From the NCBI RefSeq assembly GCF_006345805.1, contig NC_043005.1, forward strand, positions 84,196,001 through 84,260,000: a stretch of DNA of 64,000 nt. The letters run 5' to 3'. The notes beneath the pieces are model-generated. The model was not told the origin of the DNA. It saw nothing but the letters and a program-made list of their open reading frames with translations, and did not search any database. This stretch comes from Octopus sinensis. Lineage: Eukaryota. A program made the translations under genes and the position numbers. Shown piece by piece: positions 13,176-24,696 of this stretch; the stretch's first letter is position 1, and every line of letters begins with the position of its first letter.

Positions 13176-13614
13176 TATAGATAGAGAAATTAAGGCCAAC
13201 AGACCAGATATAGTTGTCAGAGATCATGAAGAAAAAAAATGCTTTCTAATTGATGTATCAATACCGGCAGATGACAACGTGTCTCTAAAAGAAATGGAGA
13301 AACTCTCAAAATACAAAGACCTGGAAATAGAGGTAACTAGAATGTGGAATCTGAAAACAGAAACAATTCCTATCATAGTAGGTGCATTAGGCATGATAAA
13401 AAAATATTCAGACAAATACATAACAAGACACCAGGACTTACAAACACATATAACATACAGAAAATTGCACTACTAGGCACTGCACACATCCTACGCAGAA
13501 CACTTTCCATACAATAACCATCAGAGCATCACAACAAATCACAGCACATACCCAAGGCACACAGAGCTGCACTCGGTAGTGAAGTGAAAGCACGCTATAA
13601 AAATAAAACTACTG
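13176..13614 (+). mobile_element. 5'-truncated Dong/R4-like non-LTR retrotransposon inserted in (AAT)n
   Basis: IDREIKANRPDIVVRDHEEKKCFLIDVSIPADDNVSLKEMEKLSKYKDLEIEVTRMWNLKTETIPIIVGALG../PGLTNTYNIQKIALLGTAHILRRTLSIQ* (one frameshift); 3' UTR to 13614; (AAT)n on both sides. Confidence 0.92.
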
Positions 13615-13685
13615 AATAATAATAATAATAATAACAACATAAAAAAATACCTTAAGAATGTGAACCAGGTTCGAAATTTCCCAAA

Positions 13686-13730
13686 GACACCTGATGAAGG
13701 CTGGAGGGTATATCAGCCGAAACATTGTGT
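13686..13730 (+). ncRNA. Minimal type-I HHR motif of family F
   Basis: GACAC-CUGAUGA-A-GGCUG-(GAGGGUAUAU)-CAGCC-GAAAC-AUU-GUGU: 4-bp stem I, 5-bp stem II, loopless stem III. Confidence 0.6.
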
Positions 13731-14049
13731 AAAAAACAAACAAGATGAGGACAAAAATCCATCAAATGTAAATAATGTAAATAATGTGCATAATTCCTCA
13801 TCTCTTAAATATAGAACAGAAGTAATATTAGTTCCAAAAAGCAATTTTTACATCTTACTGAACATGGATATACTGTAAGAAAGTCACAATACTGTGGGTT
13901 TTGTGTTGGAAAGCATCTCATATCGATATATAATGCTAAAATGCATAGAAGTATCAGCAGCAGATGAAATGTGTATATACCTGATACTTTCTGAAGATGA
14001 ATTCCACAGTATTGTGGCTCTTACACTGCAGCCACATTAAGTAAGATAT

Positions 14050-14210
<161 letters not shown>

Positions 14211-14362
14211 ATCAATTTATAAGTAAGGGCAAACGAAAAAATTTCTAATGCCAAAATATGCCGAAAATAGACACAACATCAATAACCATGTAATTTATCA
14301 CTACAAGCACGTGTTTTGAAGAAAGCCGACAGAAATTTCTAAAAAAAATCTCGTTATTACCA

Positions 14363-14416
14363 TATCGGACCCGATTTCAGAGTTAGTTCGTAAGAACCTT
14401 CCCTTCATCAGTGATA
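14363..14416 (-). ncRNA. Type-I HHR motif with GUC cleavage triplet
   Basis: Minus strand UAUCA-CUGAUGA-AGGG-AA-GGUUC-UUAC-GAACU-AA-CUCU-GAAA-U-CGG-GUC-CGAUA; 9-bp stem II with AA/AA loop, 4-bp stem I plus an A.C mismatch. Confidence 0.7.
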
Positions 14417-15392
14417 AATGCGGCAAAGAAAGATGTGAAATATTTACTTATACCCATGGAAGAAGTGAACACTAAGTCATGAGCACAATTAAGTACCCCA
14501 AATATATCCAAAATAGAAACTCTGTAATGAATAATTAGTGTTGCAAACGTTATTGACTGCAGACACTCAATGCATGTGTTTTGCTTGTTCACTGGTTCGC
14601 TGTGGTACAGCGCTTTGGGGATGACTACCTCCTAACACTGATTGTTAAAACACTTGAGAGTTATAGGCAGGTGAGACAACTCACCCCAGACCCATTCAGG
14701 TGTGGTGGATATTGATATTTTGCCATTTCTGTGGCTTACCAATGTCATGTACTGGAGTTGAACCAAGGACAATCTGAATCACCAACGTATGACTGTATAT
14801 AAATGATATATTGATACCATTTGCTGATATGCCACAACACTGCATATCCATGAATCCCGAATGGGATCTGGGGTGAATTGTCTCACCTGTCGAGGACTGT
14901 CAGGTGTTTTAACATCCAGTGCAATTGCCCAGTCAGGGATTTGAAACTACAATCTTACAATCATGAACCCAACACCCTAACCACTATGCTACATGCTTCC
15001 ACACACACTTACACACACACATGTGTGTGTGTGTGTGTGTGCGTATTGAGCCAGAAACACATGTCCAGGACTGTCCACTTACTTCCAGACAATAAGCCTG
15101 TCTTTTACCTTAATGCCTTGTCATCTTTAGAGTATTCTTGAATCTCAAGATTATCTTCCATTCTGAAGTGGAGACGGTCTTAATTACCGTTTGGTAATTA
15201 TGATACATCCTCTAGAGGCGAGGATAATTTTAATAAATCAATAATTTATATTGAATGGTTATTTCATATTGTCTATGTTGCACACTGGCTTATTTCTCTC
15301 ACCTCATTTTGGTTTAGATGATGATGATGGTGGTGGTGGTGGTGGTGATGATGATGATGATGATTGTGTGTGTGTGTGTATGTGTGTGTGTG

Positions 15393-15451
<59 letters not shown>

Positions 15452-15455
<4 letters not shown>

Positions 15456-15830
15456 TTGTCTGGTAAGAAGCTTGTTTCCCAACTACATGGTTCTTGTTTC
15501 AGTCCCACTGTGTGGCACCTTGGGCAAGTGTCTTCTACTCATAGCCTCGGGCCGACCAAAGCCTCAAGAGAGGGTTTGGTTGACAGAAACTGAAAGAGGC
15601 TGTTTGTGTGTGATTATGTCTATTTGTCCACTACAACCACTTGACAGCTGGTGTTAGTGTGTTTATGTCCCTGTAACTTAATGATCTGGTGAAAAAGACT
15701 GACAAAAATGTACCAGAACTTAAGAAAAGTAAAAAAAAAAAAGAAGCAAATACTGGGGGAATTCGTTTGATTAAAATTCTTCAAGGCGGTGCCCCAGCAT
15801 GGCCACAGCTTAATGACAGGAAAAAGTAAA
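15452..15830 (+). mobile_element. Family A SINE, near full length
   Basis: Head ggtaagaagcttgtttcccaac..ttcagtcccactgtgtggcaccttgggcaagtg; tail ccccagcatggccacagc. Confidence 0.85.
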
Positions 15831-16106
15831 AATAGAGGATCATCATTTAATGTTCCAAGCTGTTATGGAAGACAGACATTTCATTGGATCCAGTGAGCTG
15901 GATCCAATGTGGCAGGCTATAAATGTCAGTTTTTGCATGGTTTCAATGGCTGGTTTCTTTCTAACGCCAGTTTACATATATTAATAATAATAATAAAATT
16001 ATAGACCCTGAAGTGGTTCTCTCCCCCTCTTACACAAAAGCAACTGTAGATGGTAGCACCAACAGTCCCCAGTCAAAAAAAACATTCCCACATGTATGTG
16101 AATATA

Positions 16107-16310
16107 CCATCATCTTCATCATCATCATCATTTAATGCTCCCTTTCCATGCTGGCATGGGTTAGATGGCTTGACTGGAAGTGGTAAGCCAGAGAGCTGCT
16201 CCAGACTCCTGTCTGATTTGGCATGGTTTGTATGGCTGGATGCCCCTCCTAATGCCAACCACTCTGAGAGTGTGATGGATGCTTTTTACATGCCACCAGC
16301 ATGGGTACCA
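16107..16310 (-). mobile_element. Family D retroposon
   Basis: catcatcatttaatg..ttccatgctggcatgggttagatgg..ggatgcccctcctaatgccaaccactctgagagtg. Confidence 0.85.
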
Positions 16311-16353
<43 letters not shown>

Positions 16354-16475
16354 AATTTACAGAAAACAAAAGATGAAGACAGGTGAAGGAACAACAAGCA
16401 GGTGCATTACCTTAATGCTCAGGAAGAATGGAAAAGTGTGACATTTTGAGCCTACACTCCTCAACAGAAGTGATA

Positions 16476-16932
16476 TTACATTATTTACATTAGACAGATA
16501 TTTGTCCTCATCTTGTTTGTTGTTAATGTTTCAGCTGATATACCCTCCAGCCTTTGTTAGGTGTCTTGGGGAAATTTCGAACCTGGATTCTCATTCCTAA
16601 GGTATTTTTCGATGTTATTATAATCATCATCATCATCATTATTATTATTATTATTTAGGTCACTGCCTGGAATCGAACTCGGAATCTTGAGGTTAGTAGC
16701 TCACGCTCTTAACCACTACACCATATGCCCCTAGTAATACTAATAATTATAATAATAACAACATTGAAAAATACCTTAGGAATGAGAACCCTGGTTTGAA
16801 ATTTCCCCAAGACACCTGATGGAGGCTGGAGGGTATATCAGCCGAAATGTGTTAACAACAAACAAGATGAGGACAAATATCTGCCAAATGTAAATAATGT
16901 ACATAATTCCTCATCTCTTAAATATAGAACTG
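16476..16932. mobile_element. Family F composite: minus arm 16476-16616, (ATT)n, tRNA-like head on minus 16657-16730, plus arm 16759-16932
   Basis: Head (minus) gggcatatggtgtagtggttaagagc...gagttcgattccaggc has A and B boxes but no proper cloverleaf; both arms contain mutated HHR cores. Confidence 0.85.
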
Positions 16933-17135
16933 TATTAGAAAGGATTAAGAGGTAAAAAATGGAGAGAGAATGATATATACATATGAGTGAAATATATATT
17001 TATGTATAGTTGAAATTTACAGAAAAACAAAAGATGAAGACAGGTGAAGGAACAACAAGCAGGTGCATTACCTTAATGCTCAGGAAGAATGGAAAAGTGT
17101 GACATTTTGAGCCTACACTCCTCAACAGAAGTGAT

Positions 17136-17596
17136 ATTACATTATTTACATTAGACAGATATTTGTCCTCATCTTGTTTGTTGTTAATGTTTCAGCTGAT
17201 ATACCCTCCAGCCTTTGTTAGGTGTCTTGGGGAAATTTCGAACCTGGATTCTCATTCCTAAGGTATTTTTCGATGTTATTATAATCATCATCATCATCAT
17301 TATTATTATTATTATTTAGGTCACTGCCTGGAATCGAACTCGGAATCTTGAGGTTAGTAGCTCACGCTCTTAACCACTACACCATATGCCCCTAGTAATA
17401 CTAATAATTATAATAATAACAACATTGAAAAATACCTTAGGAATGAGAACCCTGGTTTGAAATTTCCCCAAGACACCTGAAGAAGGCTGGAGGGTATATC
17501 AGCCAAAACATTGTGTTAAAAACAAACAAGATGAGGACAAATATCTGCCAAATGTAAATAATGTACATAATTCCTCATCTCTTAAATATAGAACTG
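17136..17596. mobile_element. Family F composite, duplicated copy
   Basis: Same layout as 16476-16932; plus-arm core CUGAAGA with GAAA mutated to AAAA. Confidence 0.85.
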
Positions 17597-18807
17597 TATT
17601 AGAAAGGATTAAGAGGTAAAAAATGGAGAGAGAATGATATATACATATGAGTGAAATATATATTTATGTATAGTTGAAATTTACAGAAAAACAAAAGATG
17701 AAGACAGGTGTATTAGTTTGACATATACATATATATATATATATACCTTATATAAACAGGGTACATTTAGCTATTTCTCTATAGATTGAAAAAGTTTTGA
17801 ACCTTACTGAGTTTTTTTTATCAAAAGCATCAACAACAATCCGACCAATTCCAGAGAGACAGGCAGCCAATCTCTGTTTATATAATTAACAATTACACTT
17901 GGCTACAGAAAACTGGAAAAACTAATTTGCATAATGTGTATGTGTTTAACGCTTTGTTTAATGTCAAGGGCCTGTATGTATGTGTGTCCATATGCACACA
18001 CACATATACATATATACAAATAGATAAATAAATATGTGTGTGTATTCATAAAAACATACACACATGCACACAGAGATGTATAAAGAAAATTCTGTCTCAT
18101 TAAACGCCAATCTGGAACCAAACTATAAAATCAAATCTCAGCCATGAACCAAAGAAACATTATTAAAATAAGAAAATATGGAAGAAGTAAAAGAAAATGA
18201 AGACCAATTCTTTCTTTTATTTTATTTTTATATTTTTATTTTTCCAGTCTAGAATTTAGTATGGAATTCATAACTTGGAGAAAAATGGTTTTGAATATTG
18301 ATAGAATTATCAGAGTACTTGTATTTTTAGTAATAATACCAAGATATCTAAAAATAATAATGGTAATGTAATTGTTAAGAGTTATGAATTGTGACAGTTA
18401 CTGGAGGTTTTCTTGATAGAATTGGTAGATAACAGAATTCTTGGAGATGGTTTTATTAATGGAAGAAATAATTAATAGTTAAAAGTTTGGAAATTTTAGT
18501 AAAAGTTCTTAAGCTGAAGACAAATATTGGAACCACCGTTTCAAACAAAAGACTATTTATTTGTTTTTATTTTTTACTCGCTTTAGTCAGTGACCTGTGG
18601 CCATGCTGGGGTATCACCTTGGAGGGTCTTAATCAAACTATTTGACTTAAATACTTAACTTTTTTTTTATGCATAGTACTTTTACAGTTGGTCTCCTTTG
18701 CTGTAACTGCTGAGTTGTGGGGATGTAAACAAAACAACACTGGTTATCAAGTGGTGGTGGCGCTAGGGTCAAACACACTCATATGTCTAAATATGAAACT
18801 GGCAATC

Positions 18808-19340
18808 CATCAGTTATGACGACGAGGGTTCCAGTTGATCCACACAACGGAACAGCCTGTTTGTGAAATTATTGTGCAAGTGGCTGAGTACTCCACAGAC
18901 ATGTGGACCCTTAACATAGTTATCAGGGAGATTGAGCACAACACAGAATGTGACAAGGCTGGCCCCCTTTGAATTACAGGTACAACTGATTTTTTCCAGT
19001 CGAGTACATCGGCGTGGCACCTTGGGCAAGAGTCTTCTACTATAGCTTCGGGCTGACCAAAGCTTTGTGAGTGGATTTGGTAGACAGAAACTGAAAGAAG
19101 CCGGTCGTATATATGTATGTGTGTATATGTTTGTGTGTCTGTGTTTGTCCCCCCCAACATCGCTTGACAACCGATGCTGATGTGTTTACGTCTCCGTAAC
19201 TTAGTGGTTCGGCAAAGGAGACCAATAGAATAAGTACTACTTGGCTTACAAAGAATAAGTCCTGGGGTCGATTTGCTCGACTAAAGGCAGTGCTCCAGCA
19301 TGGCCACAGTCAAAATGACTGAAACAAGTAAAAGAGTAAG
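18808..19340. mobile_element. Family C tail (minus, 18808-18995) fused to a headless family A SINE (plus, 19011-19340)
   Basis: gacgacgagggttccagttgatcc..ggcccccttttgaattacaggtac followed by ggcgtggcaccttgggcaag..gaaacaagtaaaagagta. Confidence 0.85.
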
Positions 19341-19562
19341 CGAAGACAGTGTGTTAGAGTCGTGAATGTTACAACACTGGTACACACTGGTTTACACCCG
19401 TCACTGTCTCCACAGCAAGAATAAATTGCTCTGGAACCATTTCTACTGCCAGAATGTTTTGGATTTCTAGTTTTAGTTAAATCCTATTAACATTTTATTT
19501 GAAGATTCATTAGGTAAGTCTTTATTTTTGGTTTCATTGTTGCATGTAGGAATCATTGCAAG

Positions 19563-19604
<42 letters not shown>

Positions 19605-20074
19605 GAGATGATGTCAGTAGACTGAAGTAGCATGCAATATATTCTATAGAACCAGGAATGTGTTGTAGGAAAGGAAAACCATGTTATTCAATGAATTCAA
19701 ATCAGATTTGAACAAAGCGGAATTATTGGTTAGCTTTTAATCTTGTGTCATTTAGAGTCGGTGGTGCCGGCAGGAGATGAGAGCAGTACGAAGAGTAAAA
19801 AAGTACAAAAAAAAAATAAATATAAAAACAAAAGAAAAAGCCTCTCCCCCTCCCCCCAAAAAATCAAGAAATAAATAAAAGAAAGCTCCCTCCCCGTCCC
19901 TGTGTGATTATAACTGGAATATATGCGAGTTGGATAGATTTAACATTCTTCTAAGTTTCATACCTTATGAATAACATTAAATAAAAGATTAAGAATAGCA
20001 AGGCCTATACATGGATATGTGTGTGTGTGAGAGAGAGAGGGAGAGTATGTGTTTGTGTGTGTATATACACCTCA

Positions 20075-20105
<31 letters not shown>

Positions 20106-20130
20106 CATGTGGTGTGTATATTTATATATT

Positions 20131-20171
<41 letters not shown>

Positions 20172-20707
20172 CGTGTGTGTTTGTGTGTGTGTGTATGATT
20201 GTCTGCAAACAAAGAAGTTCTTTCATTCAAGCTGCACAAATTACCAGTTCCACATGCAAGCAAATTCCGAAGAATTTGCCGAGAGAAACTTCCTCCACAG
20301 CCTTCTTCTAATACAATAAAGCAGCCATATTTTTGTCTTGTAAACATGAATGCATTTAATCTTCAATCATGACTTCAACATGCTCCTAATTCTAATCCTT
20401 GAAATGGTTTAAGCCAAGGAGGAATTTGTTGTTGTTGTTGTTGTTGTATAACCCCTGGTCTATGATCAAAGCCATCACTATAGTAGATCTACGACAATGT
20501 TGCCTAATGTGGTCTTCCAGATTTAAGACGGTTGTTTGGAATCTGAGGGTGATTGCAACTATTTCAACCAAGCATATAATGGTAATCTTTTTATTGTACT
20601 TAACATCAATGTATTATAAAGCACCATAATATTGCAGTATTCACTCAGAGAAAGTCTCAGGAGTATTATTTGTAGCAGACAGGAAATATCCAGCAGTATT
20701 GGTGGAA

Positions 20708-20753
20708 CTGTTGTATCCCATGATTTCGACATTTTGTACCTCATCAGCAACAG
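20708..20753 (-). ncRNA. Type-I HHR motif with intact core
   Basis: CUGUUG-CUGAUGA-GGUACAAAAUGUC-GAAA-UCAUGGG-AUA-CAACAG: perfect 6-bp stem I, G-C closing stem II, AUA triplet. Confidence 0.75.
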
Positions 20754-20815
20754 GCATCTGTTAACACTGCATGTTGGCCAACTCCCCCTTCCACTGATGT
20801 ATAGAGAACCAGTGA

Positions 20816-21205
20816 TTGGATTGGAAGCACTCCGTCGGTTACGACGACGAGGGTTCCGGTTGATCCGATCAACGGAACAGCCTGCTCGTGAAATTAACGT
20901 GTAAGTGGCTGAGCACTCCACAGACACGTGTACCCTTAACGTAGTTCTCGAGGATATTCAGCGTGACACAGAGAGTGACAAGGCCGGCCCTTTGAAATAC
21001 AGGTACAACAGAAACAGGAATTAAGAGTGAGAGAAAGTTGTGGTGAAAGAGTACAGCAGGGATCACCACCATCCCTGCTGGAGCCTCGTGGAGCTTTAGG
21101 TGTTTTCGCTCAATAAACACTCACAACGCTCGGTCTGGGAATCAAAACCGCGATCCTATGACCGCGTGTCTGCTGCCCTAAACACTGGGCCATTGCGCGT
21201 CCACT
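20816..21205 (-). mobile_element. Full-length family C SINE with 8-bp target-site duplication
   Basis: accagtga at 20808-20815 and 21206-21213; tRNA-like head tggcccagtg...ggttttgattccc; tail gacggagtgcttccaatccaatc. Confidence 0.92.
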
Positions 21206-21421
21206 ACCAGTGACTAGTCAGTCGCTGGGGTCACAAAGAATTAGCAAACTAGTGAAACATTAGATGTTAGTGATAAAGGTGGTGTTATTACAACGTAGAA
21301 TCCTTTATATCCAACTTAATGTGGATATATTATACAGGTACTGTAATACTGCAGTATTCACCCTGAGCAAGTCTAAGGAGAATTTGTAGCAGATGAGAAA
21401 TATCCAGCAGCAGTGGTGGAA

Positions 21422-21467
21422 CTGTTGTATCACATGATTTCAACATTTTGTACCTTATCAGCAACAG
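21422..21467 (-). ncRNA. Second HHR of the tandem, G8 mutated to A (probably inactive)
   Basis: CUGUUG-CUGAUAA-GGUACAAAAUGUU-GAAA-UCAUGUG-AUA-CAACAG. Confidence 0.6.
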
Positions 21468-21822
21468 GCATCTACTAACACCACATGCTTGCCAAATCCC
21501 CCTTCCACTGATATATAGAGAACCAGCGACTATTCACTATTCAGATGTTAGTGATGGAAGCACTATTAGTACCAGTTAACCATCTTCATAATATCCTAAT
21601 ACAGTACTTGCCCTGAGAAGGTCTCTTGAATAGGTGTCTGGTGCATAAAAGAACAAATGCATCAATTGCAGAAGAGAAATGTCCAGTCCTTTGTTAGCAG
21701 TTTGTCTGCCATGAAGTTTCCCTTCATGGTTCCAACTGTTTTACCGTTCTTCATATTGCTGGAATAAATATCTATCATGCTATCTCTTTTCATCTCTTCT
21801 TTATAGGTGCAGGAGTGGCTGT

Positions 21823-22226
21823 GTGGTAAGTAGCTTGCTTACCAACCGCATGGCTCCGGGTTCGGTCCTACTGCGTGGCACCTTGGGCAAGTGTCTTCTA
21901 CTATAACCTTGGGCCAATCAAAGCCTTGTGAGTGGATTTGGTAGACGGAAACTGAAAGAAGCCCGTCATATATATATATATATGTATGTATGTGTGTGTA
22001 TGTGTGTGTATATATGTTTGTGTGTCTCTGTTTGTCCTTGCCACCATCGCTTGACAACTGATGCTGGTGTGTTTATGTTCCCGTAACTTAGTGGTTTGGC
22101 AAAAGAGACCGATAGAATAAGTACTAGGCTTACAAAGAATAAGTCCTGGGGTCAATTTGCTCGACTAAAGGTTGTGCTCCAGCATGGCCATTGTCAAATG
22201 AGTGAAACAAGTAAAAGAGTAAAGAG
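21823..22226 (+). mobile_element. Full-length family A SINE
   Basis: tRNA-like head caggagtggctgtgtggtaagtagcttgc..ccgggttcggtcc, internal (TA/TG)n, tail ctccagcatggcc..gaaacaagtaaaagagta. Confidence 0.92.
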
Positions 22227-22227
22227 A

Positions 22228-22365
22228 AATTCTCCTCTCAGATTTGCATGTTTATTGCACCATCCTTTTTTTTTTAAAGTCCTGTAATAAAACACAGTAG
22301 GTTGGGCCTCCAACAAGGCCTTTCTGTGGTACCCTTAAAGCCAGGAACCTATCGTCACTCCCTTA
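22228..22365. mobile_element. Tc1/mariner-like MITE fragment related to 51993-52110
   Basis: attctcctctcagatttgcatgtttattgca resembles attcccttctcagattcacacacttattgca (about 52073); the end aaagccaggaacc..cactcccttata resembles the inverse of tatgagggg..agcttt; TA flank. Confidence 0.5.
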
Positions 22366-22390
22366 TTATATATATATATATATATATATA

Positions 22391-22734
22391 TTACTTTTTT
22401 TACTCTTTTACTCTTTTACTTGTTTCAGTCATGTGACTGTGGCCATACTGGAGCACCGCCTTTAGTCGAGCAAATCGACCCCAGGACTTATTCTTTGTAA
22501 GCCTAGTACTTATTCTATTGGTCTCTTTTGCTGAACCGCTAAGTGACGGGGACGTAAACACACCAGCATCGGTTGTCAAGCGATGTTGGAGGGGACAAAC
22601 ACAGACACACAAACATATACACACACACTTATATATATACACATATATACGACAGGCTTCTTTCAGTTTCCGTCTACCAAATCCACTCACAAGGCTTTAG
22701 TCGGCCCGAGGCTATAGTAGAAGACACTTGCCCA
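22391..22734 (-). mobile_element. Family A SINE lacking its head, tail-to-tail with 21823-22226
   Basis: tactcttttacttgtttcagtc..gaagacacttgccca. Confidence 0.9.
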
Positions 22735-23321
22735 TACAAATATAAATTTCTAATCTCCTTACTCATCTATAAAGGGAATGTCTCTGAGACCTCTTTTACT
22801 TATATTTTCAAATAACCATTGTAGCCTTTAGTTTTAGTTAATACCTAGCTGGACGCGCATCTCTCTTTTTCTCATAAGGAAATATATGAATCTCCGAGAT
22901 CCTATTCTGCTTTTTCCTTTCTCAAGTTCTTTGTAAAAAATGTTGTATATACTTCTTGCACTGAAGAGTGCAGTGATATATAATTAATTTAATAAATTTA
23001 ATTTAATTCAATTCAACTATGAATTTGCATAATTTTTATATCTCTGTACAAAACGATGATCTGCATGAATTAAAATTCTCTTATATATTTTAACATCTTC
23101 TCTTCTCTATTTTTAACAGAATTATTGTGTTTTATGGGATTTCTTTCCATAAATTCACAACACATCGTATACGAGTATTATTTTCATATCCGCAAATTTA
23201 ATGCCTGTAAATTACAAGCTAAATATGAAGAACCAATATTAGAAATCTTTTTTGGAAACCTCCAAATTAAAGGACGAATATAATTCAACCTTTATGCACA
23301 CACACTATATATATATATATA

Positions 23322-23490
23322 GGGAAAGTTTACGAAAAAAACAAAAGACGAAGACAGGTGGTGTACAAAACAAACAGATGTATTAGTATAACGCTCAGGA
23401 ATAGAAAAAGTCTTTTATGTTTCGAGCCTACGCTCTTCTACAGAAAGGGACACAGAAAAAACAAGGAGAGAAAGAAAAGGAGAGAAAAAA
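23322..23490 (-). mobile_element. Family H repeat; best-preserved HHR-like motif at 23412-23447
   Basis: Minus strand CUUU-CUGUAGA-A-GAGC-GUAG-GCUC-GAAAC-AUA-AAAG; stems intact but core A6 is U. Confidence 0.65.
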
Positions 23491-24081
23491 TATATATATA
23501 TATATATATATGCACAAACCCATTCACACATACTACAAGTGTGGTGCCCCAACATGGTCCATTATTCCAAGAGATTCTGTCCCAGAATTGCTTTTACTAA
23601 TAAATTCAGTGTGTTATGAACAGACGTATTTGTCATAAAGGGAAAAGTATTCTCTTGTGATTAAACCCAACAACGATAAACATATTCCTGTGCAAATCTG
23701 CCAGAACATATTTAGAATACATAAGGAAAACATTAATTTATTTATATGTTCTTTAAAAGCAGGGACTTGATCCTTATAACCATGATGAGTGAACCATTGG
23801 GTGTTGGCCGTTGCCACGGAATAAAACAGCTCATATTTAAACAATGTATATTTCTTCTTCTTATTATTATTATTGTTTCATAAATAACTTCTCTGTATGA
23901 CAAGACATTGTGTTGTTGGAAGTTTCTGGTAACATGGAGCTACGTAATTCAATATTGGGTTTTGTTTAAAAAAACAGGAAGAATGGTGGCTCTGTGTATG
24001 CATATATATAACACTCTATACATACATACATACATATATATATATATATAACACTATGCATATATACATACACACATACAT

Positions 24082-24144
<63 letters not shown>

Positions 24145-24294
24145 ATATACACATATATATATAAACATACATAGATGCATACACACACATATATAGCATA
24201 TATACATATATAGCATATATGGACATACATAAAACATATACACACATATATATATATAGCATATTTACATATATACATGCACACGTATATACAG

Positions 24295-24344
<50 letters not shown>

Positions 24345-24664
24345 AACAAGACAGATCCCTGATATAAGAAGTGCTCTGGCCATTACCAATGAACAACACT
24401 CATAGAACCCAATAGAATTCAAAAAGCAGGAATAAGTCAGAAATATCCTGACCTTTAAGGCCATTTCTTTGGAGTGGACACTTCCTAGAGTGGTTCTTCT
24501 TAACAATCTCTTTCACTAACAAAAGAAACCAAAGATAGTTTGAAGCGGGGTGGATGCTGGGATGCTGGGGATGCGGGGATGAGACGGATGTAAACTTACG
24601 TGGCTGTTGGTGTTGTCTTTTGTTTGTTTTCTGTGTTTGTGTATTGTTTGTTTGATTTCATTAT

Positions 24665-24696
<32 letters not shown>

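Larger units (their letters stand above)
13011..13817. mobile_element. Family F element: inverted HHR-bearing arms (13011-13145 minus; 13636-13817 plus) around (AAT)n with a LINE insert
   Basis: The arms are reverse complements (ataccttaggaatgagaacc..ttcgaaatttccccaag..ggctggagggtatatcagccgaaacattgtg..aacaagatgaggacaaa..tcaaatgtaaataatgta). Confidence 0.85.
16351..17710. repeat. Tandem duplication, unit about 660-664 bp (2 copies plus the start of a third)
   Basis: aatttacagaaaa..caaaagatgaagacaggtg recurs at about 16354, 17014 and 17678; copies near identical. Confidence 0.95.
20598..21650 (-). repeat. Diverged tandem repeat with one HHR per unit; unit 316 bp after removing the SINE
   Basis: Unit 1 20598-20815 plus 21214-21312, unit 2 from 21313, partial third start at about 21597; shared gcagtattcac..gtagcaga..aaatatccagcag..ggtggaactgttgtatc..cagcaacaggcatct..cccccttccactgat.tatagagaaccag. 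Confidence 0.8.

Noticed and set aside
16657-16730. tRNA gene (also the heads of families A, B and C)
   Set aside because: A and B boxes are present, but the acceptor and T stems do not pair; these are SINE heads, not tRNAs.
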